Positions 30,170-40,661 of a stretch of 64,000 nt of DNA are shown piece after piece. The notes under the pieces are model-generated. The model made no database searches, was not told the origin of the DNA, and worked only from the letters and a program-made list of their open reading frames with translations. The stretch covers positions 1 to 64,000 of the IMG/VR virus record IMGVR_UViG_3300044953_000352. The stretch is one strand, 5' to 3'. Made by a program: the position numbers and the translations under genes. The DNA comes from a virus. Positions within the stretch are counted from its first letter, which is position 1, and each line of letters opens with the position of its first letter.

Positions 30170-30915
30170 CGTATTTCAACACCAAAAATTTCTTTATTAA
30201 TTACAATAAATTTAATATTATCTTCAATCACAGTCATAGTATTTATGTCATTTAATATATCTTTTAGATCGGCATCTTCTAAACTTTTTATTGTAAATAC
30301 ATTTCCCTTTTTAATCATTTGTTCTGCTGCTCTTCCTTGAAATTTCGGGGAAGGTACAACAACGACCATATTTTTTTCTTTGATAATTTGTTCACGTTTG
30401 CTTGCACCGTCAAATACAACTGTTTCTCCTTCTAAAACAATCACCATTAAACTTTTCTCTTCACTTCTAATAAAAAATTTTCCTTTTTTTGGAGCAACGG
30501 TTCCCATTTCAGTTGCAATTAAAATCGGTGATGTATTTTCATTATACAAATAAATTGTACCATTTAAAGAAGTATTTATGTTTTCAGTAGTATATTGTAT
30601 AACATCAGGTAAACTCTCTATATTTAGTATTTTTTGATCGAACGTATCTATAGAAAAACGAGAATTTTCATTAACTTTTATAATAATATCAGAACTTAAT
30701 GTTAATGTTACATCACTATTTGTAGATGTTAAAACTGTATAATTATTTTTACAATCATACGTTTGTTTAGAAATTGGACTATTTGTTATAACACTAGTGC
30801 CGTTAATATTTTCTAAAATTACATTATTTGTAAAAGTAGAAATGTAAAATTTACCATCTGCAATCACTTTGAGTGGCAAAATTGACATTAAAATAAAAAA
30901 AAGAATACGTTTCAT
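30166..30915 (-). CDS. signal-peptide-bearing FecR-domain-like protein
   Basis: MKRILFFILMSILPLKVIA signal; TSTNSDVTLTLS..IIKVNENSRF; IATEMGTV; VIVLEGETVV. Confidence 0.55.
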   Translation of the reverse strand: MKRILFFILMSILPLKVIADGKFYISTFTNNVILENINGTSVITNSPISKQTYDCKNNYTVLTSTNSDVTLTLSSDIIIKVNENSRFSIDTFDQKILNIESLPDVIQYTTENINTSLNGTIYLYNENTSPILIATEMGTVAPKKGKFFIRSEEKSLMVIVLEGETVVFDGASKREQIIKEKNMVVVVPSPKFQGRAAEQMIKKGNVFTIKSLEDADLKDILNDINTMTVIEDNIKFIVINKEIFGVEIR

Positions 30916-30945
30916 AATAAATCGACATCGTAAAGAGTTTACTCT

Positions 30946-32049
30946 ATGTTAATACATATGTCTGACAACACCAAAGAAATCAAAGAAATCAAAGACACCA
31001 AAGAAATCAAAGAAATCAAAGACACCAAAGAAATCAAAGAAATCAAAGAAATCAAAGACACCAAAGAAATCAAAGAAATCAAAGAAATCAAAGAAATCAA
31101 AGAAATCAAAGAAATCAAAGAAATCAAAGAAATCACAGAAATCACAGAAAATCAAGAACCAAAGAAAAAGAAAGTAAGTTTTAGCCAATATAGTATGTGG
31201 ATGAAATGTCCCCATAGTTGGTATCTAAATTACGCAAAAGGATTGCGTAAAACAGATTTAAATTTAAACATTTTCTTCGGAACCGCTATGCATGTAGCTA
31301 TCCAAACATATCTAGAAACCTTATATTCCAAAGGAATGGTTGAAGCAGATAGTTTAGATATGTATAATCTTTTTAAAACTAAATTTCACGAAGAAGTTGA
31401 AAAAGAAAAAGATAATTTTACTTACACAAATGAAGAATTTGCTGGCTTCGTAAAAGATGGTCACGATATTTTAGATACATTTTTGAGTGCGTCTGCAAGA
31501 CTAAAATACTTTCCAAATAATAAATACGAGTTTATTGGTGTTGAAACTCCATTAAACATGGAGATTCTAAATAGTGTAGATTTCGTAGCATTTGTTGATT
31601 TAATATTAAAAGACAAAACCACAGGAAAAGTAAAAATATACGACTTTAAAACATCTTCTGCTGGATGGAATAGCTACATGAAAGAAGATGAAAGTAAATA
31701 TAGCCAAATATTGCTGTATAAAGCATTTTACAGTAAAAAATTCAATGTTCCTCTCAACATGATTGATGTCGAATTCTTTATCTTAAAGAGAAAACTATAT
31801 GAAAATGCCAACTTTCCTCAAAGTAGAATTCAAACATTTGAACCTACAAACAACAATAAAGCTATTGTAGGGGCTTTAAAAGGGTTCACTGACTTCGTTA
31901 AAGAATGTTTTACGCCACAAGGAGAGTATAATTTAGAAGTAAAATATCTAAAAATACCGGGAAAAAACAAGAAAAATTGCAAATATTGCGCCCATCACAA
32001 AAAACTATGTGACGGTAAAGCAGATAAAATAGAACAAGAAATTTTGTGA
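30946..32049 (+). CDS. PD-(D/E)XK Cas4/AddB-like exonuclease with N-terminal (KEI)n repeat (likely start 30958)
   Basis: SFSQYSMWMKCP, FGTAMH, FVDLI...IYDFKTS, QILLY, C-terminal CKYC....LC. Confidence 0.85.
   Translation: MLIHMSDNTKEIKEIKDTKEIKEIKDTKEIKEIKEIKDTKEIKEIKEIKEIKEIKEIKEIKEITEITENQEPKKKKVSFSQYSMWMKCPHSWYLNYAKGLRKTDLNLNIFFGTAMHVAIQTYLETLYSKGMVEADSLDMYNLFKTKFHEEVEKEKDNFTYTNEEFAGFVKDGHDILDTFLSASARLKYFPNNKYEFIGVETPLNMEILNSVDFVAFVDLILKDKTTGKVKIYDFKTSSAGWNSYMKEDESKYSQILLYKAFYSKKFNVPLNMIDVEFFILKRKLYENANFPQSRIQTFEPTNNNKAIVGALKGFTDFVKECFTPQGEYNLEVKYLKIPGKNKKNCKYCAHHKKLCDGKADKIEQEIL
30973..31152 (+). repeat. 9-bp coding tandem repeat AAAGAAATC
   Basis: 15 AAAGAAATC and 3 AAAGACACC units (30973-31134) plus 2 degenerate ACAGAAA.. 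units. Confidence 0.97.
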
Positions 32050-32107
32050 AATAAAAAAAATACTTCATAAATACGTATATATGTATATGCATATATACGG
32101 CTATATT

Positions 32108-32344
32108 ATGAAGAACAATAGTATTACAACAGTAAAGGTAGATAAAAGTCTTTACGAGTTATTTAAGATCAATAATATAAAAAATAAGTTTTATTTACAA
32201 GATCTCGTCAATCGATGCATGTATTTGTATATGAATGACGAGACTTTTCGTAACAAGATTTATAATTTTAATATTCCAATATTAAGCGAAGAATCACAAT
32301 TAACGATTCTTAATTTCACAGGATCATCAATACCAACGGAATAA
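32108..32344 (+). CDS. ribbon-helix-helix-like DNA-binding protein
   Basis: ITTVKVDKSLYELFK...LQDLVNRCMYLY. Confidence 0.55.
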   Translation: MKNNSITTVKVDKSLYELFKINNIKNKFYLQDLVNRCMYLYMNDETFRNKIYNFNIPILSEESQLTILNFTGSSIPTE

Positions 32345-32345
32345 T

Positions 32346-32891
32346 ATGAATAAAAAGAAAAAGATATTACTTTTGAGCGATGATTTACGTATGCATAGTG
32401 GTATAGCTACTATGAGTAGAGAATTGGTGTTAGGTACTGCACATCATTATGATTGGGTTCAGATTGCCGGTGCTATAAAACATCCAGAAGCAGGTAAAAT
32501 AGTTGACTTGTCTGAGGCGTCTCGTCAATTAGGAATTAAAGATCCTTATATCAGACTATATCCAACAGATGGTTATGGAAATGATCAGTTGTTATTTGCT
32601 GTAATGGAACAAGAGAAACCCGATGCATTAATGCATTTTACTGATCCTCGTTATTGGGGATGGTTATATGCAATTGAAAACCAAATTCACAAAAAGATTC
32701 CATTGACATATTTGGACATATGGGATGATTTGCCGTATCCAATGTGGAATAGACCGTTTTATGAAAGCTGTGATGCTCTATTCGCTATTAGTAAACAAAC
32801 CGACAATATTAATAAATGGGTGTTGCGTCCAGAAAATTGTATTGCCGTTGACGGATATTATGACAAAGAAGGAAATTTAATTAAGTACTGA
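32346..32891 (+). CDS. GT4 glycosyltransferase, N-terminal part
   Basis: KILLLSDDLRMHSGIAT, EKPDALMHFTDPRYW, IWDDLPYP; ends at a TGA in frame with the next ORF. Confidence 0.8.
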   Translation: MNKKKKILLLSDDLRMHSGIATMSRELVLGTAHHYDWVQIAGAIKHPEAGKIVDLSEASRQLGIKDPYIRLYPTDGYGNDQLLFAVMEQEKPDALMHFTDPRYWGWLYAIENQIHKKIPLTYLDIWDDLPYPMWNRPFYESCDALFAISKQTDNINKWVLRPENCIAVDGYYDKEGNLIKY

Positions 32892-32903
32892 GGAATTATT
32901 GTT

Positions 32904-33926
32904 ATGCCATTTAAAATTAATAATGAAATAGTTAATAAACATTTGTTGCATTATGTGCCACATGGAATCAACCATGAAGTTTTCAAGCCATTGGATAAAT
33001 ATGACAAAACTCTAAAGGCTAGAAAAAAGAAACTATTTGGTGATACTGTGTATGATTTTGTAATATTCTATAATAGTAGAAACGTTCAAAGAAAAAAGAC
33101 TGCCAATACTATTTTAGCATTTAGAGCATTCTGTGACAATTTAACTCCAGAAGAAGCTTCAAAATGTGTATTAGTATTGCATACAGAAGCTATACAAGAT
33201 GCAGGTACAGATTTACCAGCAACAATTGAAGCTTTGTGTACAAATTATAAAGTAATCATTGATGAAGAAAAGCAAACACCCGAGGATATGTGTGCGAATT
33301 ATAGTATCGCAGATGTAACTGTGCTTATTAGTAGCAATGAAGGATTTGGATTGAGTGTTGCAGAAAGTATTATTTGTGGAACTCCTGTGGTTGTTAATGT
33401 TACTGGAGGTTTACAAGATCAAATAGGTCAAGTAGATAACGATGGAAACCCAGTTACATTTAATTCAAAGTTTGGAACAAATAATTCTGGTAAATATAGA
33501 AAACACGGAGTGTGGGCTAAACCTGTTTGGCCAGTAGCACGAGGATTACAAGGAAGTCCTCCGACACCATATATTTTTGATGATTGGTGTACTTGGGAAG
33601 AAGTTGCTGAAGCATTCATGTATTGGTATTTAATGAAACCTGAAGACAGAGAAAAATGTGGATTAGAAGGTCGTCGTTGGGCAATGAACGAAGGAGGACT
33701 AAACAGTAAAAATATGTGTGCTCAATTTATTAAAGCAATGGATTATACATTAGAACACTTTGTTCCTTCAACTTCATTCGGACTTTATAAACCGGAAAGT
33801 TTTTATGGTCAAACACAACCATTTAATAATATTGGAGTAGAAATTCCTGTTATTGATAAAAATAAACTAGGAATTGATATTAGTCACACATTAAAACAAC
33901 TTGAAACAATATCAATAAAAAATTGA
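32904..33926 (+). CDS. GT4 glycosyltransferase, C-terminal part
   Basis: YVPHGIN, SRNVQRKK, SSNEGFGLSVAES, NVTGGLQDQ. Confidence 0.85.
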   Translation: MPFKINNEIVNKHLLHYVPHGINHEVFKPLDKYDKTLKARKKKLFGDTVYDFVIFYNSRNVQRKKTANTILAFRAFCDNLTPEEASKCVLVLHTEAIQDAGTDLPATIEALCTNYKVIIDEEKQTPEDMCANYSIADVTVLISSNEGFGLSVAESIICGTPVVVNVTGGLQDQIGQVDNDGNPVTFNSKFGTNNSGKYRKHGVWAKPVWPVARGLQGSPPTPYIFDDWCTWEEVAEAFMYWYLMKPEDREKCGLEGRRWAMNEGGLNSKNMCAQFIKAMDYTLEHFVPSTSFGLYKPESFYGQTQPFNNIGVEIPVIDKNKLGIDISHTLKQLETISIKN

Positions 33927-33950
33927 CTTTGATTTATATTTTAGTATCAT
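33923..33950 (+). promoter_or_regulatory. sigma70-like promoter upstream of dUTPase
   Basis: TTGACT-N16-TATCAT; ATG 7 nt downstream. Confidence 0.5.
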
Positions 33951-33957
33951 TTATACC

Positions 33958-34614
33958 ATGACAATACAAATAGAAAAAAACGAAACATATACAGATATTA
34001 ATGTGTTGCCAAAAAAAGCAACAGAAAGATCTACTGGATGTGATATTGTAACCATAAGCGATCCAGAAATTGTTGGAGAAAAAACTGACACTGGATATAA
34101 AAGAATCGATTATATTCAATATAAAACTAATCTTAAATTAGCTGTTCAAAAAGAATCGACAGGATGGAATGGAACTTCACATGTTGAACTCATTGATTAT
34201 GATATTCTAGCATTTCCTCGCAGTAGTGTTAGTAAATATAATTTAATATTAGCAAACTGTATTGGTCTAATTGACGCAGATTATCGTGGAGAAGTTTTAC
34301 TTCGTTTTAAATATATCTGGCAACCAGAAGACTTTGATTTTTCAGAAAAATCTGTAATTGTAGGTACTCCAAATATTGACAAGGTTTATAAAAAAGGAGA
34401 TAAAATTTGTCAATTGAAAGCTACAAAAGTCGAAAATATAAATTTTGTATTAGTAGATAAATTGGATACCACTTCAAGAGGTGAAGGTGGATTTGGAAGC
34501 ACAAATAAACCAAATGTATCTGATTCAGTAATTGAATCTTGGAAGAAAAATCCGTTTGTTGCTCCTGAAAGAAAATATAGTGATTTAATAAAAGAAAAAG
34601 AAAAAAGTATATGA
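33958..34614 (+). CDS. dut: trimeric dUTPase
   Basis: STGCD, FPRSSVSK, GLIDADYRGE, GDKICQL, RGEGGFGST. Confidence 0.92.
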   Translation: MTIQIEKNETYTDINVLPKKATERSTGCDIVTISDPEIVGEKTDTGYKRIDYIQYKTNLKLAVQKESTGWNGTSHVELIDYDILAFPRSSVSKYNLILANCIGLIDADYRGEVLLRFKYIWQPEDFDFSEKSVIVGTPNIDKVYKKGDKICQLKATKVENINFVLVDKLDTTSRGEGGFGSTNKPNVSDSVIESWKKNPFVAPERKYSDLIKEKEKSI

Positions 34615-35921
34615 GTAAACCTTTATGTGTATTACAAAGCCCACTTTTCACCCGTAGTGGATATGGCGACTGGGCAATGGCAATTGGAAAAAGTTTGTTG
34701 CGATACAACAAATATGATTTGTTAATTGCACCTACCCCTTGGGGAAATACTCCAAGAAAAATGTCTCTTGATGAATTTGATAAGAGCGACTCTGAAGCTA
34801 TTGAATTAGCAAATAGAGTTTTAAAGTCTCCGTTGAATAAACAACCAGACGTGTTTATACAAATTACTATTCCAAATGAATATCAACCAATAGGAAAATA
34901 TAATATTGGCATGACTGCCGGTATTGAAACTACAATTCCTCCCGGCGATTGGATTGAAGGAATGAATCGTATGAATCTTAATTTGCTTTTGAGCAATTTT
35001 GCAAAGGATGGATTTGTTAAAGCAAATTATATGAAACAATTCCAAGACGGTAGACAAGAAAAATTGTCAGTGGAAAAGCCAATGGAAGTTTGTTTATGGG
35101 GTGCGGATACTTCAATATATAAGAAAACAGATGAAAAAGTCGAAAGTGTTGATTCTATTTTAAGTACAATTCCAGAAAAATTTGCTTATTTGTTTGTAGG
35201 ACAATGGACTCATACCAATGGACTTTACAGTGATCGAAAGGACATCGGAAATCTTATCAAAGTATTTTGTTCTGCATTTAAAGACAGGAAAGGTTCACGT
35301 CCATGTTTATTATTAAAAACAAATGGAGTTAACTTTTCAAAAATTGATAAAGATGATGTTTTAAAGAAAATTAAAACTATACGAGACGAAGTTGGTGGTG
35401 ATTTGCCAAACGTTTATGTTTTACATGGCGAATTGAGTGATGTAGAAATGAACGCATTGTTTAATCACGATAAGGTCAAAGCGCATGTGAGTTTTACTCA
35501 TGGTGAAGGATATGGGCATCCATTATTACTTGCTTCATTAAGCGGAAAACCTATTTTTGCTCCAAATTGGAGTGGACATTTAGACTTTTTAAATTCTAAT
35601 TACTGTGTATTATTAAATGGTTCAGTTAAACCAATAGATCCCGCTTCCGTTAATCAATGGTTAATAAAAGAAAGTAGTTGGTTTTATGTTGTATATGGAT
35701 TGGCAGAAGATAAACTTAAAAACTTTTATTATTCACCAAGTAGTCTTTTAAAAGAAAACGCAGAAAAATTAAGATTAGAGAATGCGGAAAAATTTAGTTT
35801 GCAAGCTATGGACAAAGTATTTCATGGTTTATTAGATAGATACGTTCCAGAATTTGCGGTAGAAAAGAAAATCATATTGCCTAAATTAAAGAAAATTGAA
35901 TTGCCAAAAATAACTGTATAA
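34611..35921 (+). CDS. GT4-type glycosyltransferase
   Basis: TRSGYG, TAGIET, FVGQW, DRKD, FTHGEGYGHPLL, WSGHLDFL. Confidence 0.85.
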   Translation: MSKPLCVLQSPLFTRSGYGDWAMAIGKSLLRYNKYDLLIAPTPWGNTPRKMSLDEFDKSDSEAIELANRVLKSPLNKQPDVFIQITIPNEYQPIGKYNIGMTAGIETTIPPGDWIEGMNRMNLNLLLSNFAKDGFVKANYMKQFQDGRQEKLSVEKPMEVCLWGADTSIYKKTDEKVESVDSILSTIPEKFAYLFVGQWTHTNGLYSDRKDIGNLIKVFCSAFKDRKGSRPCLLLKTNGVNFSKIDKDDVLKKIKTIRDEVGGDLPNVYVLHGELSDVEMNALFNHDKVKAHVSFTHGEGYGHPLLLASLSGKPIFAPNWSGHLDFLNSNYCVLLNGSVKPIDPASVNQWLIKESSWFYVVYGLAEDKLKNFYYSPSSLLKENAEKLRLENAEKFSLQAMDKVFHGLLDRYVPEFAVEKKIILPKLKKIELPKITV

Positions 35922-35922
35922 T

Positions 35923-36597
35923 ATGAACGATATATTTTTATCATTTCTTGTTACATGTAAAAACGAAACTGAAACGTTGTTTCAACTATTACGGTTTCTA
36001 TCTAAATATACAGAAAATAATGAATGTATTATTCTTGATGATTACAGTGATAATCCACAAACACTTGCTATTATTAATAGTGCATACGATTCTAATCCAT
36101 TATTTTTTAAGGTACATCAACATAAATTAAATAATAATTATGGTGAACATAAAAATTATGGTAAGTCTTTATGTAAAGGAAAGTATATATTCCAAATTGA
36201 CGGAGATGAATTGCCTTCTTCATTTTTGATGGATTCAATTAAAGATATTATTAATTTAAATACTGACGTAGAATTATTTTGGGTTCCTAGAATTAATGAT
36301 TTCAACGGAGTTAAACCAGAACATGCAAATCAATGGGGATGGAGATTAACTTCTTACGAAAATAGATCAATTGTTAATTGGCCAGATCCTCAGAGTCGTA
36401 TATTTAAAAATCTTTCTCATATTTCATGGAAAAGAAAATTGCATGAAAAGGTAGAAGGTGCTAAAGTGTTCTCAATGCTTCCAGAAAGTTTTGAATTTGC
36501 ATTGCATCATAATAAAACTATTGAAAAGCAAATAGAAACTAATACGAGATATAATACTCAATTTACTGAAGAAGATAATAGAGGATTTAAATATTAA
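35923..36597 (+). CDS. GT2 glycosyltransferase
   Basis: VTCKNE, ILDDYSD, YIFQIDGDE, WPDPQSRIF, LHE. Confidence 0.85.
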   Translation: MNDIFLSFLVTCKNETETLFQLLRFLSKYTENNECIILDDYSDNPQTLAIINSAYDSNPLFFKVHQHKLNNNYGEHKNYGKSLCKGKYIFQIDGDELPSSFLMDSIKDIINLNTDVELFWVPRINDFNGVKPEHANQWGWRLTSYENRSIVNWPDPQSRIFKNLSHISWKRKLHEKVEGAKVFSMLPESFEFALHHNKTIEKQIETNTRYNTQFTEEDNRGFKY

Positions 36598-36601
36598 TAC
36601 T

Positions 36602-37921
36602 ATGATAGAAAATATTTTGTCAAATATTAAATCATTGATAAATGAAAAAAATAAAAACAAAAAATGGACTCCAAATGTTGATTGGGTGCAATATGCTGGT
36701 CCATTTTTTGATGAAAATGAATATATTGCCGCAATAAATTCTTTATTAGAAGGATGGTTAGTTTTAGGAAAAGATGCTATAAAATTTGAAACTACATTTC
36801 CATCTCAATTCAATAAAAAATACGGAATATTAACAAATAGTGGAAGTAGCTCTAATCTTATAATGATGTCTGTATTAACATCAAAAAGATTATATAATTT
36901 AAAAAAAGGAACCAAAGTTATTACTCCAATAGCTGGATTTCCTACAACTATAAATCCTATTTTTCAAGTTGGATTTACACCAGTATTTGTTGATATTGAT
37001 TTAGATACCCTCAATCTTAATTTGGATCAAGTAGAGGATGCTGCTAAAAAAGGAGCAAAAATTATTACATTTGCACATGTATTAGGAAATCCTCCTAATA
37101 TGGATCGTTTAATGGAAATCATTAAACAATATAATTTGATTCTTTTAGAAGATTGTTGTGACGCTCTTGGATCTACTTATAAAGAAAAACCTCTTGGTAG
37201 TTTTGGAGAATTAACAAGTTGTAGTTTTTATCCTGCACATCATATGACTATGGGTGAAGGAGGATTTGTTGCATGCAATACAGAAATACAAGAAATCATT
37301 GCTCGTAGTTTTCGTGAATGGGGACGTGGATGTTATTGTGTAGGTAAAAAGGCAAATTTATTAAAAAACGGATCTTGTGGAAAAAGATTTTCAAATTGGT
37401 TGCCAGAGTTACCAGATGAAATATTTGATCATAAATACGTATATGATGAAATTGGATATAATCTCAAACCGATTGAATTACAAGCATCTATTGGACTTGA
37501 ACAGATGAAGAAACTTCCTTTGATTCATCAAAAGAGAAAAGAAAATCATAAAAGATTAACTGATATATTTTATAAATATCAAGACTATTTTCATCTTCCA
37601 AAAGCAACGTTATATTCTGATCCAAGTTGGTTTGCATTTGCTTTAACTATAAAAGACAATGCGCCATTCAAGAGAAAAGATATAGTTGAATTTCTAGAAT
37701 CAAATAAAATACAAACTCGTCCATATTTTGCTGGTAATATTATGTTACAACCAGCATATACGGGATTGATTAATAAAAATGAAGTAATAACTAAATATCC
37801 AAATTCAAGAAAGGTAACAACCGACACGTTCTTTTTAGGAACAAGTCCTGTTATTACTATGGAACAATTGGATTATATACAAGAAAAAGTAGATGGGTTT
37901 TTTAAAAATAAAATTATATGA
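36602..37921 (+). CDS. rfbH: NDP-4-keto-6-deoxyglucose 3-dehydrase E1 (RfbH/DdhC)
   Basis: NSGSSSNL, AGFPTT, AHVLGNP, EDCCDALG, SFYPAHHMTMGEGG, WGRGCYC..CG, DHKY. Confidence 0.92.
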   Translation: MIENILSNIKSLINEKNKNKKWTPNVDWVQYAGPFFDENEYIAAINSLLEGWLVLGKDAIKFETTFPSQFNKKYGILTNSGSSSNLIMMSVLTSKRLYNLKKGTKVITPIAGFPTTINPIFQVGFTPVFVDIDLDTLNLNLDQVEDAAKKGAKIITFAHVLGNPPNMDRLMEIIKQYNLILLEDCCDALGSTYKEKPLGSFGELTSCSFYPAHHMTMGEGGFVACNTEIQEIIARSFREWGRGCYCVGKKANLLKNGSCGKRFSNWLPELPDEIFDHKYVYDEIGYNLKPIELQASIGLEQMKKLPLIHQKRKENHKRLTDIFYKYQDYFHLPKATLYSDPSWFAFALTIKDNAPFKRKDIVEFLESNKIQTRPYFAGNIMLQPAYTGLINKNEVITKYPNSRKVTTDTFFLGTSPVITMEQLDYIQEKVDGFFKNKII

Positions 37922-38874
37922 AATTATTATATATTACAGGATGCTTGGGTTTTATCGGATCTCATTTGACTCGTGCGTGTCTTAAAAAAGGATGGTATGT
38001 AAGAGGAGTAGATAAGGCAACATATGCTGCGGATTTAAATTTATTAAACGAATTTAATCAATATCCTACATTTAGTTTTAAGAGGGGAGATATTTGTAAA
38101 TTAGATCGTTTAGTAGATTGTGATTATTTTATTAATGTTGCCGCCGAAACTCATGTTGATAATTCTATTAGAAAAAGTGATGACTTTGTTTATTCTAATA
38201 TTAATGGCGTTTATAATATCCTAGAATTATTGAAAAATTATAATAAACAAGGATATGTAAAGCCAGTTTTATTACATTTTAGTACAGATGAAGTGTATGG
38301 AGATATAGAAGATGGTCAGCATTTTGAAACGGATATATTGAAACCAAGTAATCCTTATTCAGCAACAAAAGCATCAGCGGATCAATTAATTCTTGCATGG
38401 GCACGAACATATGGTATACAATACGTTATTGTTAGACCAACTAATAATTATGGAATAGGACAATATGTTGAAAAATTAATTCCAAAGACTTGTAAATATA
38501 TAAGTTTAAACAGAAAAGTGCCTCTTCACAATAATGGAACTCCAATACGTAATTGGCTTCATGTAGAAGATACTGCTAGAGGAATTATAACAATAATTGA
38601 ATCGGGTGTTAAAAACGAAATATTTAACATAGCAGGTGGATTTGAACAATCAAATATAGTAACTCTTCAGAAAATAGTAAAAGAATATTTTGGTAATTTA
38701 CCTGATGATTACGAAAACAAATATATTGATTTTTCTTTAACAAGAGTTGGTCAAGACATTCGATATGCATTAAATGATGACAAATTGAGAAGTCTAGGAT
38801 GGAAGCCTCAATGTGATTTTGATGTCGAATTAAAAAAGATAGTGAAGTATTATAAGGATAATTTTATATGGTAA
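37918..38874 (+). CDS. rmlB: dTDP-glucose 4,6-dehydratase
   Basis: GCLGFIGS, AAETHVDNSI, STDEVYG, PSNPYSATK, NNYG..QYVEKLIP. Confidence 0.88.
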   Translation: MKLLYITGCLGFIGSHLTRACLKKGWYVRGVDKATYAADLNLLNEFNQYPTFSFKRGDICKLDRLVDCDYFINVAAETHVDNSIRKSDDFVYSNINGVYNILELLKNYNKQGYVKPVLLHFSTDEVYGDIEDGQHFETDILKPSNPYSATKASADQLILAWARTYGIQYVIVRPTNNYGIGQYVEKLIPKTCKYISLNRKVPLHNNGTPIRNWLHVEDTARGIITIIESGVKNEIFNIAGGFEQSNIVTLQKIVKEYFGNLPDDYENKYIDFSLTRVGQDIRYALNDDKLRSLGWKPQCDFDVELKKIVKYYKDNFIW

Positions 38875-40661
38875 AATATGATAATTCAAATTATTTGGCA
38901 GCAGACTTGATAGCAGATTTTCTCGAAGAGAAAGAAATTGATATAGCATTTGGTATTATAGGATCTGCCAACTCATATATTTTTGATTCTATATCTAGAA
39001 AAGGATATACTAAATTAATATGCATGCATCATGAACAAGCAGTTGTAATGGCAGCAGGTGCATATTATAGAACTACTGGAAAATTATGTGCTGCTATTGT
39101 AACCGCTGGAGCAGGTGCTTCTAATGCAATAACAGGAGTATTATGCAATTGGGCAGATTCTATACCTTGTATTGTAATATCAGGACAAGAATCAACTAAA
39201 TATGTCAATGAGCATTCTAACCTTAGAATGTTAGGTACGCAAGGATTTGATGTATCAAAAATGGTATCTGATATTGTAAAATTTAGTACAATTATTAAGA
39301 ATAAATCTGATATTTTACAATCATTAGAACAAGCATATTATATAGCATTAGAAGGAAGACCGGGACCAGTATGGATTGATATTCCAATGGATATGCAATC
39401 TGCAATACTTAATAAAGAAGATTTAAATAAATTTACCGTTCCAAATCAAGTTGTATCTGAATATGATTTACATGAGATAATAAAGTTAATCGAACAATCA
39501 GATAGACCATTAATTTTAGGAGGACACGGAGTACGTCTTTCTAAATGTCAGGATAAATTTAAGAGCTTAATAGAAAAATTAAAAATTCCCACTGTTTTAT
39601 CGTGGTCTGGAATTGATAATTTATCATTTGATAATCCATACAACTTTGGTTGTCCGGGTTTATATGGACAACGATGTGCTAATTTTATAATTCAAAATTG
39701 TGATTTATTAATTGTATTAGGAAGCAGACTTGCGTTACCACAAACTGGTTATAATATAAATAATTTTGCACCAAATGCAAAAATAATAATGGTAAATAAC
39801 GATGAAAATGAATTAAAAAAGCACAATAGATATGATATAAAAATCAAAGATGATTGTAAGAATTTTATAAATAAATTATTAGCTTACGACATAAATTCAT
39901 ATAAATCCAAGTGGTATGATCGTTGTTTGCAGTACAAAAATGAGTTTCCTTTAGTTGAAAAATCTCATTGGGTAGACAATAAAAATCATGATAATTCTTA
40001 TGTATTTATCAATGAACTATCAAAACTTCTAAAAGAAGATCATATTATTGTTATAGGACAAGGTACACCATTACCATGTTCACATCAAAGTCTTGAACTC
40101 AAATCAAAACAAATAGCATTTGCATCAAATGGTTTAGGAGAAATGGGAAATGGATTACCATCTGCTATCGGAGCAGCATTTGGTCGTAATAATAGAGAGG
40201 TTATCTTAATGGATGGTGACGGTAGTATGATGATGAACTTGCAAGAGTTACAAACTATTGTAAGTTATAATCTTCCTGTAAAAATAATAATCTTTAATAA
40301 TGAAGGTTATTTGTTTATAAAACACACACAAAAAATGTTATTTAATGGTCGATATACTGCGGTCAATAAAGAAACCGGCATGAGTTTACCTGAATTTAAA
40401 AAAATAGCATACGCATTTGATATACCTTATTTTAATACAAAACATAATACTGTGGAAGAATTTTTAAGTCATGATGGATATGCTATATTTGAATGTTATA
40501 TGAATCCAGAACAAGAATTCGCTCCAAAAGTAAAAGGTATTTTAACAAAGAATGGTATTTTACCACCACCAATTGAGGATATGTCGCCTTTATTACCGAT
40601 AGAAATTTTAGAAAAAAATATGTTGAAAGTAAATGAAACGTCATATAAAATCAGACAATGA
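38868..40661 (+). CDS. TPP-dependent acetolactate-synthase-like enzyme (YerE-like)
   Basis: HHEQAVVMAA, EGRPGPVWIDIP, MGNGLP, DGDGSMMMNLQEL...NNEGY; sugar-cluster context. Confidence 0.85.
   Translation: MVKYDNSNYLAADLIADFLEEKEIDIAFGIIGSANSYIFDSISRKGYTKLICMHHEQAVVMAAGAYYRTTGKLCAAIVTAGAGASNAITGVLCNWADSIPCIVISGQESTKYVNEHSNLRMLGTQGFDVSKMVSDIVKFSTIIKNKSDILQSLEQAYYIALEGRPGPVWIDIPMDMQSAILNKEDLNKFTVPNQVVSEYDLHEIIKLIEQSDRPLILGGHGVRLSKCQDKFKSLIEKLKIPTVLSWSGIDNLSFDNPYNFGCPGLYGQRCANFIIQNCDLLIVLGSRLALPQTGYNINNFAPNAKIIMVNNDENELKKHNRYDIKIKDDCKNFINKLLAYDINSYKSKWYDRCLQYKNEFPLVEKSHWVDNKNHDNSYVFINELSKLLKEDHIIVIGQGTPLPCSHQSLELKSKQIAFASNGLGEMGNGLPSAIGAAFGRNNREVILMDGDGSMMMNLQELQTIVSYNLPVKIIIFNNEGYLFIKHTQKMLFNGRYTAVNKETGMSLPEFKKIAYAFDIPYFNTKHNTVEEFLSHDGYAIFECYMNPEQEFAPKVKGILTKNGILPPPIEDMSPLLPIEILEKNMLKVNETSYKIRQ

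Noticed and set aside
30939-31215. Minus-strand (ISL)n and (FFD)n ORFs; repeat as a possible CRISPR array next to a Cas4-like gene
   Set aside because: Shadows of the 9-bp tandem repeat; there are no unique spacers, so it is not CRISPR.
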